This document shows, piece after piece, positions 24,940 to 39,250 of a DNA stretch of 64,000 bases. This DNA comes from Hormiphora californensis (Eukaryota > Animalia > Ctenophora). The translations under genes and the position numbers were made by a program. The notes below the pieces were generated by a model, which saw only the letters and a list, made by a program, of their open reading frames with translations, had not been told where the DNA came from and ran no database searches. The number at the start of each line of letters is the position of its first letter. Position 1 is the first letter of the stretch. Location of the stretch: the NCBI GenBank assembly GCA_020137815.1, contig CM035354.1, positions 1,736,001 through 1,800,000 of the forward strand. Direction: 5' to 3'.

Positions 24940-27162
24940 TTAGATAAAGGGAAGATTGCTTCGCCGCTGAACGTCCACCTACAATGAGATTAGAAATTAG
25001 AAATTAGAGAGAGAAGCATCGTGGGAGATGTTACACTAAGTTACAGAGGAGAGGACATGGTCTCAGGTCTTATAGTTATATGAGACAACTTCAGTCACAG
25101 TGTCGTAATAAACAATTAATACCTACATGTGTTTAATTATTACACATATTTACCTGAACAATGTCTTTGCATCGTTTGCACCGGTTTTTAGCGTCCCTAA
25201 CGTCCTTGTCACCCAGGTCACAGAGAGTATCACACACCTGACGATATACTGTGATTAACAAAAGATGTGTCTCAGCTACATTGGCTGCCGGCTGGTTTGG
25301 GAATATCAATACTCCCTGTTGTACACAGGTATAATCTCCCTGTGAATGAGATTGAGTGGATACTCCCCCTGGCCCCCATTCCCCACTCCCCCAATACCTA
25401 CATTTTGGTCAGTGGACAGCTCAAAGTTAGGCTCAATAGGCGCATCTTTAGTCCCAAACACGTCCAGAAACAAGGTCTTCACCTCCGCCAGAAACTTGCC
25501 CTCGTTCGTCACCTGCAGCACACAGTGTTAAATTATTGATCGTACTATAAACATAGGACCGGTCTCGCCAACCCTGTCAGAGCGTTCGCCTATTCTTTGG
25601 CTATTCTTACTGGGCCGTCCGGGCGAGACAGCAAAGTTTTGTAATAAGATTTCATTTCCTAGAGTTTGGTGTTTTGTGGGCCCTAATTTAGGGTAGGGTT
25701 GTTTTGTATAATAATTGGTATGTAGGGTACCCCATTTTTAGGACCATTGTTTCCCTTCTGTCTCTCTCTCACGGTTCAAAAAGTAAGAAACGCTACAGTT
25801 CAAAATAGGAAACTAAACTTCCTGATCCTGAGTTTTTAAAGAAGGTGGGAGGGCCCACTTAAAAATGGTGGTATAAAATTAAAATGTTTGTAGGGAGACG
25901 AAGTGACATGTGCCACCCCCCCTTTTCTTTTCAGTAATGTACAGGCAAGTTTAAAAGCTTGACCAATCAGTTCCCTTTCATCGATCTTTCCCCCAGCCTC
26001 AAGATGCCTGAGTTCGCATTAAAGCGATACTCAAACAAAGATGAGTAGCGAGAGATTTGAGCAGATCAGAGAGAGCAGAGAGTTCCCTCCCCCTTGAGAG
26101 AGCGAGCGAGATAGAGAGAGGAGAGAGAGAGGAGAGAGAGAGAGTGGAGGAGAGAGACGATGAGGATAGAGCGGGAGCAGACGAGACCTCTCCAGATTAG
26201 AGACGCTGAGATCTCTGCTAGCTCGTTTATCATTCTGTTCTCGATGTCTCTCTCTATCTCTCATACTCGTCTCTTCATCTATACTCTCTCTCTCTCTCCC
26301 TCTCTCTCTCTCCCTCGTCTTTGGCGTCATTAGTTGCTCTCCAACACAGGTGTTTATGTATACACTCAACACAGCTATCTACACACCTAAATATGAACAT
26401 TTTCTAGGCACCTGAACTTTATCCCTATAAATTGAGGATCAGGGAAGGACCAAGTTAATTAACAGGACCAAGTTAATTAAAAGGACCAAGTTAATTTGTA
26501 GCTAATATCCTACCTTTACTTTCCAGGTTCCTGAAGGATTCTCTCCAAAGAAGAAGACTGACATTAACCTCCAACTAATAAAACCCACATTATCATTATC
26601 CATTGGTCGCTTTGATATCATTTGTACAATAGTTCCCCCGGGAGAAATCATCGCTATAGTTATATCACCTGTGGGGGGATGCAATCAGACTCAACAATAA
26701 TCAAATGGGTGTGGAGATCATGAGACCTTACTTTGTTCATCAATTATTGTACAAGAACTCAACTGATGTCTCATCATATGTGAGAGGGACCTAAGTAAAC
26801 AAGATCCCTAAATACGGTGAAACTAAGAGAGACGTGGCTGATAAAATTCTCTCACCTCGTTTAGGGGTTGTTATGTGAAGTTGAAGGTAGACGTGTTCAC
26901 TATATCTGACTTCCTCTTTGGATCCAGCACATCCATCAAAGGGTATCTCAAATATCACCTCTTCACCACCCGGCACCGCTCTAGAAGGAAACGAGAAGGT
27001 TAGGAAATGGACTGTTATAGTTACACCTTGGAAACAAAGTTACCCGGCTCCCTTGCCAGCCCACGAGGCGCGAAGGGTTATTTCGTAAGTTATACCGTGC
27101 CCTGTGTGTTCCAATAAACGGACAATAAAGCTGTCATTAGGTGAAACAAAAGAAACACAGCG

Positions 27163-27196
<34 letters not shown>

Positions 27197-30100
27197 TATA
27201 ACATTGGGCACATTGGACATGGTGGAATATCATGAGTCACACAGAGTTTGCCCATTTGTAATGAGATTGAAAATGTGCTGGAAAGCGCGAGGATAGAGGA
27301 AAAAGGAGACATCATACCCATAAAACACGCCATGAACGCAGGAATTATGAACAGCTCTATAAGGAGTCCTACATAAGATCGTGGTTTGGTACCTCTCCTA
27401 GCGTGGTTTGGTGTACCTGTTATATGTTAGCTCTGGAGACATGCACCGATGACATTCTCCCACATTGGTCCAGTTCTTAGCTATCTCCACTGCCCTATCA
27501 GCATCAAGAATCCCGTACCCAAAGTTAACATGAACAGGTCGACCCACTGCGTTCCTCACCCATCCCTCGTGGTGAAACAGTTTGTTAGGGATCGCACACC
27601 TGATTAGCACGTGCTGCACGTCCCTCCACGTCAACTCTGGACTGTATAGGGGGAGAGTGGGGTGATAGGGAGTGGAGGACTGCAAGGGGAGATGAGGAGG
27701 GTGTTAGGGACTGGGGGACTGGCGGAGTTGGGGTAATATATATCTGAGGTGGAGAGATCTCTCTCACTCGAGTGATAAAACTGTAGTTATGTCCTATCAA
27801 CTCACTGAGATATATCCTATATATATTCAACTCACTTGGCCTGTAGAACTAGAGCCACAATGCCAGCAGCAATGGGTGCTGCAGCACTGGTCCCTGAGTG
27901 AGAGGTGGTACACTCCCCATGTATGTCTGTAGTTGCAATACTATGGGAATACCCACTACTAAACGTGCTTGCCAGAGCACTGGCACACGGTTCAGCGTAG
28001 TAAGGTGTGTCCCCGTTCAGGCTGACTGCATTTATACTGACGCTGTATCTCATGGTTTGGTATCCATCAGCGTTACAATCGTCCATTTTACCACCGTTAC
28101 CGCCTGCCCAAACGTAGATCGTTCCCTTTCCACCACGTCCCTGTAGCAGGGGTGTGAATTGTTGAGTGGAGAGGGGTGGGGGTGACTTGCTAAGTATGGG
28201 GTGGAGAGGTAGGAGGAGAATTACGGGTTAGCGGGAAGGGTTCTCAGGGTTCTGAGTAATATCAATATTTCCACCAGGAAACGACCGAATCGGGGTTTTT
28301 TCCATCGAACCGAACCGAACCGAATTTGAAAAACTTTTTTACCGAACCGAACCGAACCGAACCGAACCGAATTTCGGTAACCGAACCGAACCGAACCATA
28401 CAAAACTTTTTCTGTATAAATGTTTCTCTAAAAAGTCATGGAGAGCACCGATCAAGGTATTGAGAATCATTCTCTGAAATTTTGTTCAAAAATGTTTGAA
28501 AAAATTTCAAAGTCAATTTTGTGAAAAAATTTTCAAAGTCAATTTTATCGTAAATTTTCTATGTCAATTTTTGCGTACGAATCGTGTTTCGAATCGGCAA
28601 TGCTATACGGGAATGGTATTGCTAATTAGCAGGATTAAACGAACCATGAATGATTCATTGAATCGTGTCTCTCTTAATTTCCTAATTAGATTTGATGGGG
28701 GATCACGTATCAGCACAATCCATCTCGGACCCACTAATTACCAACATCACTCCCGTTTAGCATTGTCGATTAGAAACACGATTCGTATACCATAATTTAC
28801 TTAAATAAGCCTGTCAAAACGTGTTTCAACCTAGAACTCACTAGAGGCAAGCCAATTCCGGTTGTACATCCTAGGTATAGGTCTCCTAAACATAAAAAAC
28901 CAAAATGTCAGTCTCAATTATTTGGAGGAAGGTGTGTAATTAGCCCCTAATTGATTGGTAATTGAGCACAAGGGAAAAAACTGTATCTACCCTTAGGAAA
29001 GGAGTAGAGACAAAATTAAGGGCACCAAAGTGTTCAGCGTCCTCGCATTAGTGGGGGTAGGTGCCGGAATGAAGTCTCTATCTCATCTGGTTAATTAGAT
29101 AATTGGATAATTAGGAATGCGCATAGCCGTTTGCTGGCCATATGGCTATAGCCATGTTAGGAAATGAGTAGAGACAAAACCGAGGGCACTAAAATGATCA
29201 GCGTCCTCGAATTAGTGGGGGTAGGTGCTGAAATTAAATCTCTATCTCATCCGGTTAATTAGATAATTGGATAATTAGTTTTGCGAATAACCGTTTTTAG
29301 GCTATATGGCTATAGCCACTTAGGAATGGTTTAGAGACTTTTCATTGGTGCCATTTTGTAGGCAATGGCCAAGTTATGGGTGGTCGACGTCGGACTTTTA
29401 AGCTCTATCTTCAACCGTTTAGCCGTTATTTGGCTTTAAAGGTGCTAAAAATGAGCAAAAAACGGTAAAAAGCCCGATTTTTGCTCATTTTCAGCACCTT
29501 AAAAGCTAAATAACGGCTAAACGGTTGAAGATAGAGCTTAAAAGTCCGACGTCGACCCCCCATAACTTGGCCATTGCCTACAAAATGGCACCAATGAAAA
29601 GTCTCTGAACCATTCCTAAGTGGCTATAGCCATAAAGCCTAAAAACGGTTATTCGCAAAACTAATTATCCAATTAGCTAATTAACCGGATGAGATAGAGA
29701 TTTAATTTCAGCACCTACCCCCACTAATTCGAGGACGCTGATCATTTTAGTGCCCTCGGTTTTGTCTCTACTCCTTTCCTGACATGGCTATAGCCATATG
29801 GCCAGCAAACGGCTATACGCATACCTAATTATCCAATTATCTAATTAACCAGATGAGATAGAGAATTCATTCCGGCACCTACCCCCACTAATGCGAGGAC
29901 GCTGAACACTTTGGTGCCCTTAATTTTGTCTCTACTCCTTTCCTAAGGATAGATACAACTTTTTTCCCCTTGTGCTCAATTACCAATCAATTAGGGGCTA
30001 ATTACACACCTTCCCCCAAATAATTGAGACTGACATTTTGGTTTTTTATGTTCAGGAGACCTATACCTAGGATGTACAACCGGAATTGGCTTGCCTCTCG

Positions 30101-33100
30101 TGACTTCAAGGTTTGGCCAAAAATCGACACGTTTTGACAGGCTTAAAGCCAAATAACGGCTAAACGGTTGAAGATAGAGCTTAAAAGTCCGACGTCGACC
30201 CCCCATAACTTGGCCATTGCCTACAAAATGGCACCAATGAAAAGTCTCTGAACCATTCCTAAGTGGCTATAGCCATAAAGCCTAAAAACGGTTATTCGCA
30301 AAACTAATTATCCAATTAGCTAATTAACCGGATGAGATAGAGATTTAATTTCAGCACCTACCCCCACTAATTCGAGGACGCTGATCATTTTAGTGCCCTC
30401 GGTTTTGTCTCTACTCCTTTCCTGACATGGCTATAGCCATATGGCCAGCAAACGGCTATACGCATACCTAATTATCCAATTATCTAATTAACCAGATGAG
30501 ATAGAGAATTCATTCCGGCACCTACCCCCACTAATGCGAGGACGCTGAACACTTTGGTGCCCTTAATTTTGTCTCTACTCCTTTCCTAAGGATAGATACA
30601 ACTTTTTTCCCCTTGTGCTCAATTACCAATCAATTAGGGGCTAATTACACACCTTCCCCCAAATAATTGAGACTGACATTTTGGTTTTTTATGTTCAGGA
30701 GACCTATACCTAGGACCCGGTGGCACGCCAATTTGAAGCTGCCGGGAATGGCCAGAGAATAACAAAAAAGTTGCCGATTTTTCAATTTCACGATTGTAAC
30801 AATCCTTGTTAAATTTTACCAATTACCGACCAATTATACCAATTAGCTCCTTTAATTGACCCCGGAGAACTTCGAAAAGTAACTCATGTGATTCAGCGTA
30901 TAAAAATTAGTGGGGATAGTGGGCAATGACATGAGTAATAGCCCATTCTAAAAAGTTGCTAATTACCGGCTAATTATGCCAATTAGCACACTTAATTGAC
31001 CTCTGAGGTGATTAAAAAGTAGCTCACGTGATTCAGCGTCCCAAAATTAGTGGGGTTAGTGCTAAAACTTGATTAATTTAGAAAATTTCAATTTTTGTAT
31101 TTTCCGGCAGGAAATCGTCAACTTTCCCTCCCCATTCCTAAGGAATATTCGAGGAATAAATATCGGCATGCCGATTTTTCTTGCCGATTTTTTAAAATAC
31201 AGATTCAATGAAGTTAGAACTGATCTCTGGTGATTTCATCCACATTTTTAATTTAAAAGGACCAAATGGAGGCATGCGTCCCCAAAACTTCGCACAATTG
31301 TGAAAAATACGAATGTGTACTGAAACACAAGGATTGTTTCTATCCTGAAATTTAAACATGGTCGCCGGCTAAAATCTTGCCGAAATTTAGGTCAACAGAG
31401 CTGACTTGCCGGAAGGAATGCCATTCCTAGATTCCTCACATTGTGCCACCGGGACCTAGGATGTACAACCGGAATTGGCTTGCCTCTCGTGACTTCAAGG
31501 TTTGGCCAAAAATCGACACGTTTTGACAGGCTTAAAGCCAAATAACGGCTAAACGGTTGAAGATAGAGCTTAAAAGTCCGACGTCGACCCCCCATAACTT
31601 GGCCATTGCCTACAAAATGGCACCAATGAAAAGTCTCTGAACCATTCCTAAGTGGCTATAGCCATAAAGCCTAAAAACGGTTATTCGCAAAACTAATTAT
31701 CCAATTAGCTAATTAACCGGATGAGATAGAGATTTAATTTCAGCACCTACCCCCACTAATTCGAGGACGCTGATCATTTTAGTGCCCTCGGTTTTGTCTC
31801 TACTCCTTTCCTGACATGGCTATAGCCATATGGCCAGCAAACGGCTATACGCATACCTAATTATCCAATTATCTAATTAACCAGATGAGATAGAGAATTC
31901 ATTCCGGCACCTACCCCCACTAATGCGAGGACGCTGAACACTTTGGTGCCCTTAATTTTGTCTCTACTCCTTTCCTAAGGATAGATACAACTTTTTTCCC
32001 CTTGTGCTCAATTACCAATCAATTAGGGGCTAATTACACACCTTCCCCCAAATAATTGAGACTGACATTTTGGTTTTTTTATGTTCAGGAGACCTATACC
32101 TAGGATGTACAACCGGAATTGGCTTGCCTCTCGTGACTTCAAGGTTTGGCCAAAAATCGACACGTTTTGACAGGCTTAAAGCCAAATAACGGCTAAACGG
32201 TTGAAGATAGAGCTTAAAAGTCCGACGTCGACCCCCCATAACTTGGCCATTGCCTACAAAAATGGCACCAATGAAAAGTCTCTGAACCATTCCTAAGTGG
32301 CTATAGCCATATAGCCTAAAAACGGTTATTCGCAAAACTAATTATCCAATTAGCTAATTAACCGGATGAGATAGAGATTTAATTTCAGCACCTACCCCCA
32401 CTAATTCGAGGACGCTGATCATTTTAGTGCCCTCGGTTTTGTCTCTACTCCTTTCCTGACATGGCTATAGCCATATGGCCAGCAAACGGCTATACGCATA
32501 CCTAATTATCCAATTATCTAATTAACCCAGATGAGATAGAGAATTCATTCCGGCACCTACCCCCACTAATGCGAGGACGCTGAACACTTTGGTGCCCTTA
32601 ATTTTGTCTCTACTACTCCTTTCCTAAGGATAGATACAACTTTTTTCCCCTTGTGCTCAATTACCAATCAATTAGGGGCTAATTACACACCTTCCCCCAA
32701 ATAATTGAGACTGACATTTTGGTTTTTTTATGTTCAGGAGACCTATACCTAGGATGTACAAACCGAATTGGCTTGCCTCTCGTGACTTCAAGGTTTGGCC
32801 AAAAATCGACACGTTTTGACAGGCTTATAAAATATTTTTCACAAAAAAAATTTCACAAAATTTCAGGTAATGATTCTCAATACCTTGATCGATGCTCTCC
32901 ATGAATTTTTAGAGAAACATTTAATTTTGTGAAAAAACTTTGTAAAATATTTCAAAGTCAATTTCGGTAAAAAAATTCTATGTCAATTTTGCCGTACGAA
33001 TCGTGTTGCGAATCGGTGATGCTATGCGGCAGTGCTCTCGCTAATTAGCAGGATTTATTGAAACATGAATCGTTTCCCCTAAACTTCCTAATTAGATTTG

Positions 33101-36100
33101 ATGGGGGATCACGTATCAGCATAATCCATCTCGGACCCACTAATTAGCAACATCACTCCCGCTTAGCAATACCGATTCGAAACACGATTCGTACGCAAAA
33201 ATTGACATAGAAAATTTTCCATAAAATTGACTTTGAAATATTTTCCAAACTTTTTTACAAAATTTCAGAGAATGATTCTTAACACCTTGATCGGTGCTCT
33301 CCATGAATTTTTTGAAAAAAACGTTTCTGAATTTGTTGACCCTCTCATGAGGACACGATTTGACGGGAAGTCAGGTATCAAATCAATCCATATCGAACCC
33401 GCTAACTAGCGAAATCATTTCCACATAGCACCACCGATTCGAAATAGGGTTAATACGGCGAAATTGACATTGAAATCCATACAATTTTCGTGAAATAATT
33501 GAAAAATTTTGCATGAAAAAGCCCGATTTCTGGGCATTTTTTGACCAAAAAATTCGGTGGTTCGGCCAAAATTTCCTGCCGAACCGAACCGAACCGAACC
33601 GAACCGCCCAAAAAACACCGAATTTCCGAACCGAACCGAACCGAACCGAATATTCGGTCGCTTCCTGATTTCCACTGAACTGTGATTTGACTCTCAACTA
33701 GGGGTACCGGGGGTGACATAGACACCGGGGGTCGCGCCATGTGTCTATGTCACCAAGGGGGATCGGGGGTGATTAGATCTAATCTAATCCTCTAACCTGA
33801 GTGATTGCCGTTTCCAGGACCATGGCTGTGATACCCTGCGGTCCATCCATAGCCCTTCCATTATCAGGTGGCCCCCAGGAGGCTGAGAAGATGTCCACAT
33901 AGGCTATGTTGAAACCCAGAGCTTTGCTCTCCATTATTCGGGTTACTGGACCATCCAGAATCCTGATTCCTGGTAAATAACAAGTGATATATCACACCTT
34001 GGTTATCTCTAAAGACCAATTCACGCGCTGGAAAGGGAGGGGTAACTAATAACACACCCTGACCCTCACGATAACGTGAAGGTGTTGCAACTTGTTCATT
34101 ACACATGTCTTGTTCATTACATGTCAATCACCCCCTGCTATCAACTCTCACTTCATTTTGTGTCCCTATCAACTCCCACTTCATTTGATGCCCCTGTCCC
34201 GTTAAGTGAGAGAGAGGAGAGGCATGTTGTTCTCTCGCTTTTCGCAATTTGTGCCCTCACCCTCATGCAGGTGACCTTCCCAGTTGTGAGGTAGAGGAGG
34301 AGGAGGGGGATTGAGCAATGAAATTCAGTGCTTCGAGTGGGAAAGCATGCAGGATGAGAAGGATGAAGAATTGAGCTAGAGGTAAGTCGAGGAGCGAGAG
34401 GAGCTCTGCTCTGTGAGAGCGATGCTCCAGTTACTAGATGTACTAGATATGGGTTGCTAAACGCCTATCGATCTTCTGCTCGGGAAGGGGGGGTAAGATT
34501 CTCGCTCGCTGTCTCTCGTCCGGCTATCTCGATCTCGCGTCGCGTCGAGGACTCTCTCTATAGACTCCCTCCGCCCAACCCCGTCGGGGGCTCATGGGAA
34601 ACTCTCTTATCTGAGACCGTCGATCTGGGGAAACCCTTCTTTTGCGCTGCCCGCGTTCTCAAGTGGATGATGGAAGAGACATCTCTACAGCATAGTGTTC
34701 TCCAACATCTACACCGCTGTCAACAATTTCTTTTGTGTACCACGTTGGACACACAAGGGGCCGCAGACAAACTGCCATGTCCCATTCAAACTGTCTGATC
34801 ACAGGACACAGTTTCATGTTGGTAACGCAGTTACCTCTCCCTTGCCAGCGCGCTAAGGTCTTTAGAGGGGTTATTCTGTAACTAAACTATCATGGAGAAG
34901 ATATAAAATGCATCGATTGAATCCTAAGTCCCTACAAAAGATCCCTTACTATACCTCCGATATTGGTGCCGAAAGCGACGCCCACTCCACACACACTGTT
35001 GTTGAGAGCACCAGCAATCTCCCCAGCACAGCGGGTCCCGTGACGATTGGGCTCGTTATTGGCGTACCGGGGACTGGGGTCATTATCATCATCTTGCATA
35101 TCATAACTTGCAAGGGGGTCCTAGGGAGGGGTTAGCTGTGAGGTACGGGGTCATGAGGGGTAGGGGTGAGGTAGGGGGTACCGGGGACTGGGGTCATTAT
35201 CATCATCTTGCATATCATAACTGGCAAGGTGGTCCTGGAGGGGGATAGGGGGTGAAGTAAAAAGAGTAGCCAAATGATACAAATTATTGCTCCATGAAAT
35301 TGCAATTAAACTTACATAATTGTCGATGAGATCCAAATGTCCCTTCTCTAGACCATCGTCTATCACGCACACCACTACCCCAGTCCCGTTGTACCCCTTG
35401 TCCCAGGCAGGCTGCACATTGATGTTGTATTGGTAGTCCACATACGCTCCCGAGTCTTCTGAGTTCTGGGTAGGGGATATAATGTTTGTTTCAGGAACCG
35501 ACCGACACAACCAATCACAACTCGTTATTTAGGTCACGTGACTCCAATCAGGGGATATAATGTTTGTTTGAACCAGCTGGGGTATAGTAATGGGTAATAC
35601 AGCAGGAGAAATAGCCAATAAATCATATGGGAAGAAGAAAGGAAGTAACTGGATTATTAAATTAATTGGATAGTTAATTAGTTAATTAGCTAATTGGATA
35701 ACTTACAATGAACCACTCATCAGACCAGTTAGGATCATTAGGGGTATCTGCCCCCTTCTTAGTTTCTACCACCTCATCAGTAGCTTCCCTTTTACGGGAT
35801 CCTCTTCGTGACGATCTCTTGTGCAGTTGCAGCACCTCATCCTGTTCACTAGCCCTCACCTGATTAGGGGGGGGGGTAATTAACTAATTGGATGTCAATT
35901 AGAAATTGGTATATTTGTCAGCACTCAGCTGTGAATTGTACAGCCATATTTCCAGGATAAATTTCCCCTGAAATTTGAAATTAGCTTAATTTGGCCCCGA
36001 TATACCGGGTACCCCGATTTACCGGGCAACACCCTTTCCCCCGAGCATCCCGGTAAATCGGGGTCCGACTGTAATTGAAATATCTCAGTTAAGTTAGTTG

Positions 36101-39100
36101 TTAAAGTTAGAGACTGATCACAACTCCTTAACTCAGTAGTAACAAGTTTATAACAACCCTCATTTCACGAGCTACTTTTTCTCGCTCATTTTGGGAGGGA
36201 CAATAGGACTGGGGGAACTACAGTGCTGCTGTTATAATAGTGGGGGGAACTACAGTGCCAGGCTGCTGCTGTTATAGTGCACTGCCACACAGATTATCAT
36301 ATAATACAATGGGTCATTGCGGGTGTCATTAATAGCGCACTCGTGCCATACCGGCATCTACAAATAACTCTGCTTCTATCTCTCTCTCTGTCTCACTCTC
36401 TTTCTCTTTCTCTCTCTCTCTCTCTCTCATCCTGTCAGGGGCCCTTCTTTCATCACTGATGAAAGAAGGGCCCCTGACTCTATAGTTGTGGGTCCCAAAC
36501 CTCGTTACTGTTGAAGCATCAGTAACGAGGTTCGGGACCCACAATAGAGAGAATGTTAAGAAGAAGGCTACTCCCAAAGCCAATAAGTAATGGGTGGTCA
36601 CTATGTTGTGATACAATGACTATTTTTCTCGAGAACTTTCCCATTTTGGATTTTAAAAGATCAGTAAAAATCTAATGTTAAAATCAGCAAAACTCAAATA
36701 CAATATCGTGAGTTACCATGTGATGGCTGTTTAGTGTTTCAGTAACATCTCTCCTGTGATTTGAGTGGAGGGGTTCCACACTTCTGTGTCTGAAGTGGTA
36801 CACATTCTCTAGATGTTCCTCGTGGATCTGTGAAGGGAAGAGGGTGTTAGAAGGAGTGTTAGAAGGGTGATAGGGTGTAGGAGGGTAGGGGTTTTAGAAG
36901 GGGTTGATTCTGTACAGAGAGAAGAATGGAAAGGAGTATGAACTAGGGGCTAGTATGTACTATCTATATAGCCATGGTCAGGGCGGCTGAATAGTGCAGG
37001 AAGTGGGATTGTTTTGAGATTAAGTTTCAGCTCTCACGTATTTAAAAAACTATCCCGCCACAGCAATACCCCCCCCCTGAATATATTCCTGAGAAACAAT
37101 ACCATGTGTACACTGTAATACATAACCCCTAACACACAATACCCCACCATGTGTACAATGTAATACATGACCCCAACACACAATACCATGTGTACAATAC
37201 ATGACCCCAACACATTCCTTCAGCTGCACGTGTGTGTGAGATGGCACGTGCCAATGTGGGTTCAATATCCTGCTGGACATTTTGGGTGGAGACAATTTGA
37301 ATTTCAATTGAGATCTTGGACAATGAGATCTACTAGATCACCCAGATGCAAATATCTCTCCCTGACAGATCAAGATACAGATCTGTTCTGCTTCTAACCC
37401 ATTGAAGTACAAGTCTATAATATCTCTCTGAAGTTTCTGATATGGAATGGGCTTCTGATCCATTGTCTACACCAACAACATGACAAAAACATCACAGAGT
37501 GTGTGAAAAACTTTTGTTAGTTGTATTAGACAAACCCACACATAGACAACCTCACTTGTTTTGTGAGATCGAACACAAGACTCACTATTATACTCCAGCA
37601 CTAACGACTCAGACTCATCGTGAGTCTTTGTGTGTTGTGTAGAGGAGGTGTGTATAGAACATCTGTTGCAACGTGAGACCACGCCTTAAATTGGGATAAT
37701 AAAATGATAAATAGATATCTCACCACGCCCCAAATTTTAAAAAGAACATCAAAAACAGATGCAAATGATTAGATGGTGTCGAAATTGGTTACGAAGTCGC
37801 CCCTATTATTGCATATAGTGAGCTTGCGCGGAGGGGTAATTTCATTACCAAGTGTGGAAAGGGGTCATCATAATGGTGATTGAAATGTTGGTTATTGAAA
37901 CTACAGGACTGTGTTTGTCTAGTCTGTTTGCATGGTTTATTCTACTTCTGTGTGCACTGTGCACTAGGTCCCTCTCTCGTCTCTCCAGGGTGCACGGTAG
38001 TCCCATGAGGTCCCCAGTGATCTACCCTCTCTGTACACTCGAAATCATCACCCCTCCTCATCATCTTGTTGAGTAACAACTATACACCAGATATCAGGTG
38101 CGGTGAGGACTGAGGAGGTGATCAGACAGGGGGGTTCACGCCCATGACAACCACTCTTATCAAATACCATTACGACAGGGCTCATCTCTAGGTTCAGAAC
38201 TATTGATTGCAGTTGAAATGGAAATCTGGGGCTAACACATATTACGGTTAGCCTGTTTTAAGACATGAGATTGGTGACGCAGTAAAACCTACCCCAGGCT
38301 CGCGGCTAAACGAAGCGAAGGGATGTCATCACCAAGACATGGGACAGTATGTGATTCAATTATGTTTGTGTTATTCTGAGAACGTGATTTGGGCTACAGC
38401 CGTTAGCCAATATACCGTATGGCTACAGCCCAAATCACGTTTTCCTAGAATAACGGATGATGACAAGTTAACATGATTCTTCCTTGAGTATACCGTATGC
38501 AGCTACTTCAATTGTACATAGTAGAGAACATATGAATAAATCAAGAACGACACGGAGAGATGAATACAATGGAAACTTGTTGTTTGGGGACTGGGGGGTT
38601 CCAGACCACAGTCAGACCCTATTGTTTGGGGACTGGGGAGGAGACCATGCATGTTCCTGCGCATATGTTTCGGCAACTACTCAACACGCGTTTAGTAAAA
38701 TGAAATTACACACCAGTTTTGGGAATTGCTAAATTAAAGATGGCTCATCCTATGAGGGAGCGGTCATCACGTTAGACGAGTTAGAGTTCCTCATAGTACA
38801 TGTATCAACAAAGTATGTACAAAGTATGTAGTACATTATACACCACCCTATTATACACACAGTGTAGATTGAGGGTAGTACTACACGGGGCCACTATAAC
38901 AGGAAATGCAACTTAAAAAACTCACACTAACAACTACAAATCTTTAAACCCGGACCCTCTAAGTACGATACAACAACAACGTATAGGGGCCGGTATAACA
39001 GTGTACATGTAACCCCAAGTCCCTAGCAACATCACCTGCACTCAAAGCCCCCCATCCCCCACCCCCATATAAACCCATCTCTCTCTCTATCTCTTACCTG

Positions 39101-39250
39101 GCCCATATTTTCAAATCCATGTAGCGTGGCCACGTGGTCCGGATCGGCATCTCGTTCAAGGACAACGACCCAATCATTGGTGAACCGATCAGCGAACACG
39201 ACCCCAACGAGAAGGAAGGTCCAAACTAGGTTCATATGATGATGAACCAT
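24940..39250 (-). CDS. Furin/kexin-family proprotein convertase, paralogue A (S8B catalytic domain + P domain)
   Basis: Exons: 39250-39098 (signal peptide), 36827-36717, 35859-35707, 35465-35316 (VIDDG), 35120-34955 ([10 protein letters not shown]), 33969-33797 (SASWGP), 28140-27836 (GNG oxyanion, GTSAAAP), 27641-27417 (LTWRDVQH), 26980-26856, 26668-26514 (KRG|D P domain), 25512-~25401. Then tentative Cys-containing exon(s) ~25340/25237-25154 and a tentative last exon 24978-24940. Splice phases are consistent through the P domain. The 3' end is uncertain. Confidence 0.92.
28808..32825. mobile_element. Foldback MITE (28808-30143) followed by three extra tandem copies of its ~640-bp right arm
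   Basis: TA|AGCCTGTCAAAACGTG...CACGTTTTGACAGGCT|TA. The right terminus recurs at ~30143, ~31532, ~32176 and 32825. Confidence 0.85.
30716..31453. mobile_element. 738-bp element, TIR CCCGGTGGCAC, 8-bp TSD
   Basis: TSD ACCTAGGA at 30708-30715 and 31454-31461. The sister arm copies show the empty site. Confidence 0.92.
36434..36544. other. Two adjacent intronic hairpins (45 nt perfect; 59 nt near-perfect)
   Basis: 36434-36478 has 22-bp perfect arms and a 1-nt loop. 36486-36544 has ~28-bp arms with 2 mismatches. Confidence 0.8.

Larger units (their letters stand above)
28275..33667. mobile_element. 5.4-kb composite non-autonomous hAT-like element in a convertase A intron
   Basis: TIR CAGGAAACGACCGAAT / ATTCGGTCGCTTCCTG. 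8-bp TSD ATTTCCAC at 28267-28274 and 33668-33675. Subterminal (CCGAA)n arrays at both ends. Confidence 0.9.

Noticed and set aside
29991-32335. Repeated ORFs [15 protein letters not shown]
   Set aside because: Chance ORFs in tandem MITE arms, with no transposase motifs.
35151-35234. Alternative catalytic-domain exon of convertase A
   Set aside because: A partial duplicate that hits TGA before the catalytic His. Treated as a decoy acceptor.
36456-36500. CTGATGA as a hammerhead ribozyme core
   Set aside because: No stem II followed by GAAA. The motif is simply part of a perfect hairpin arm.
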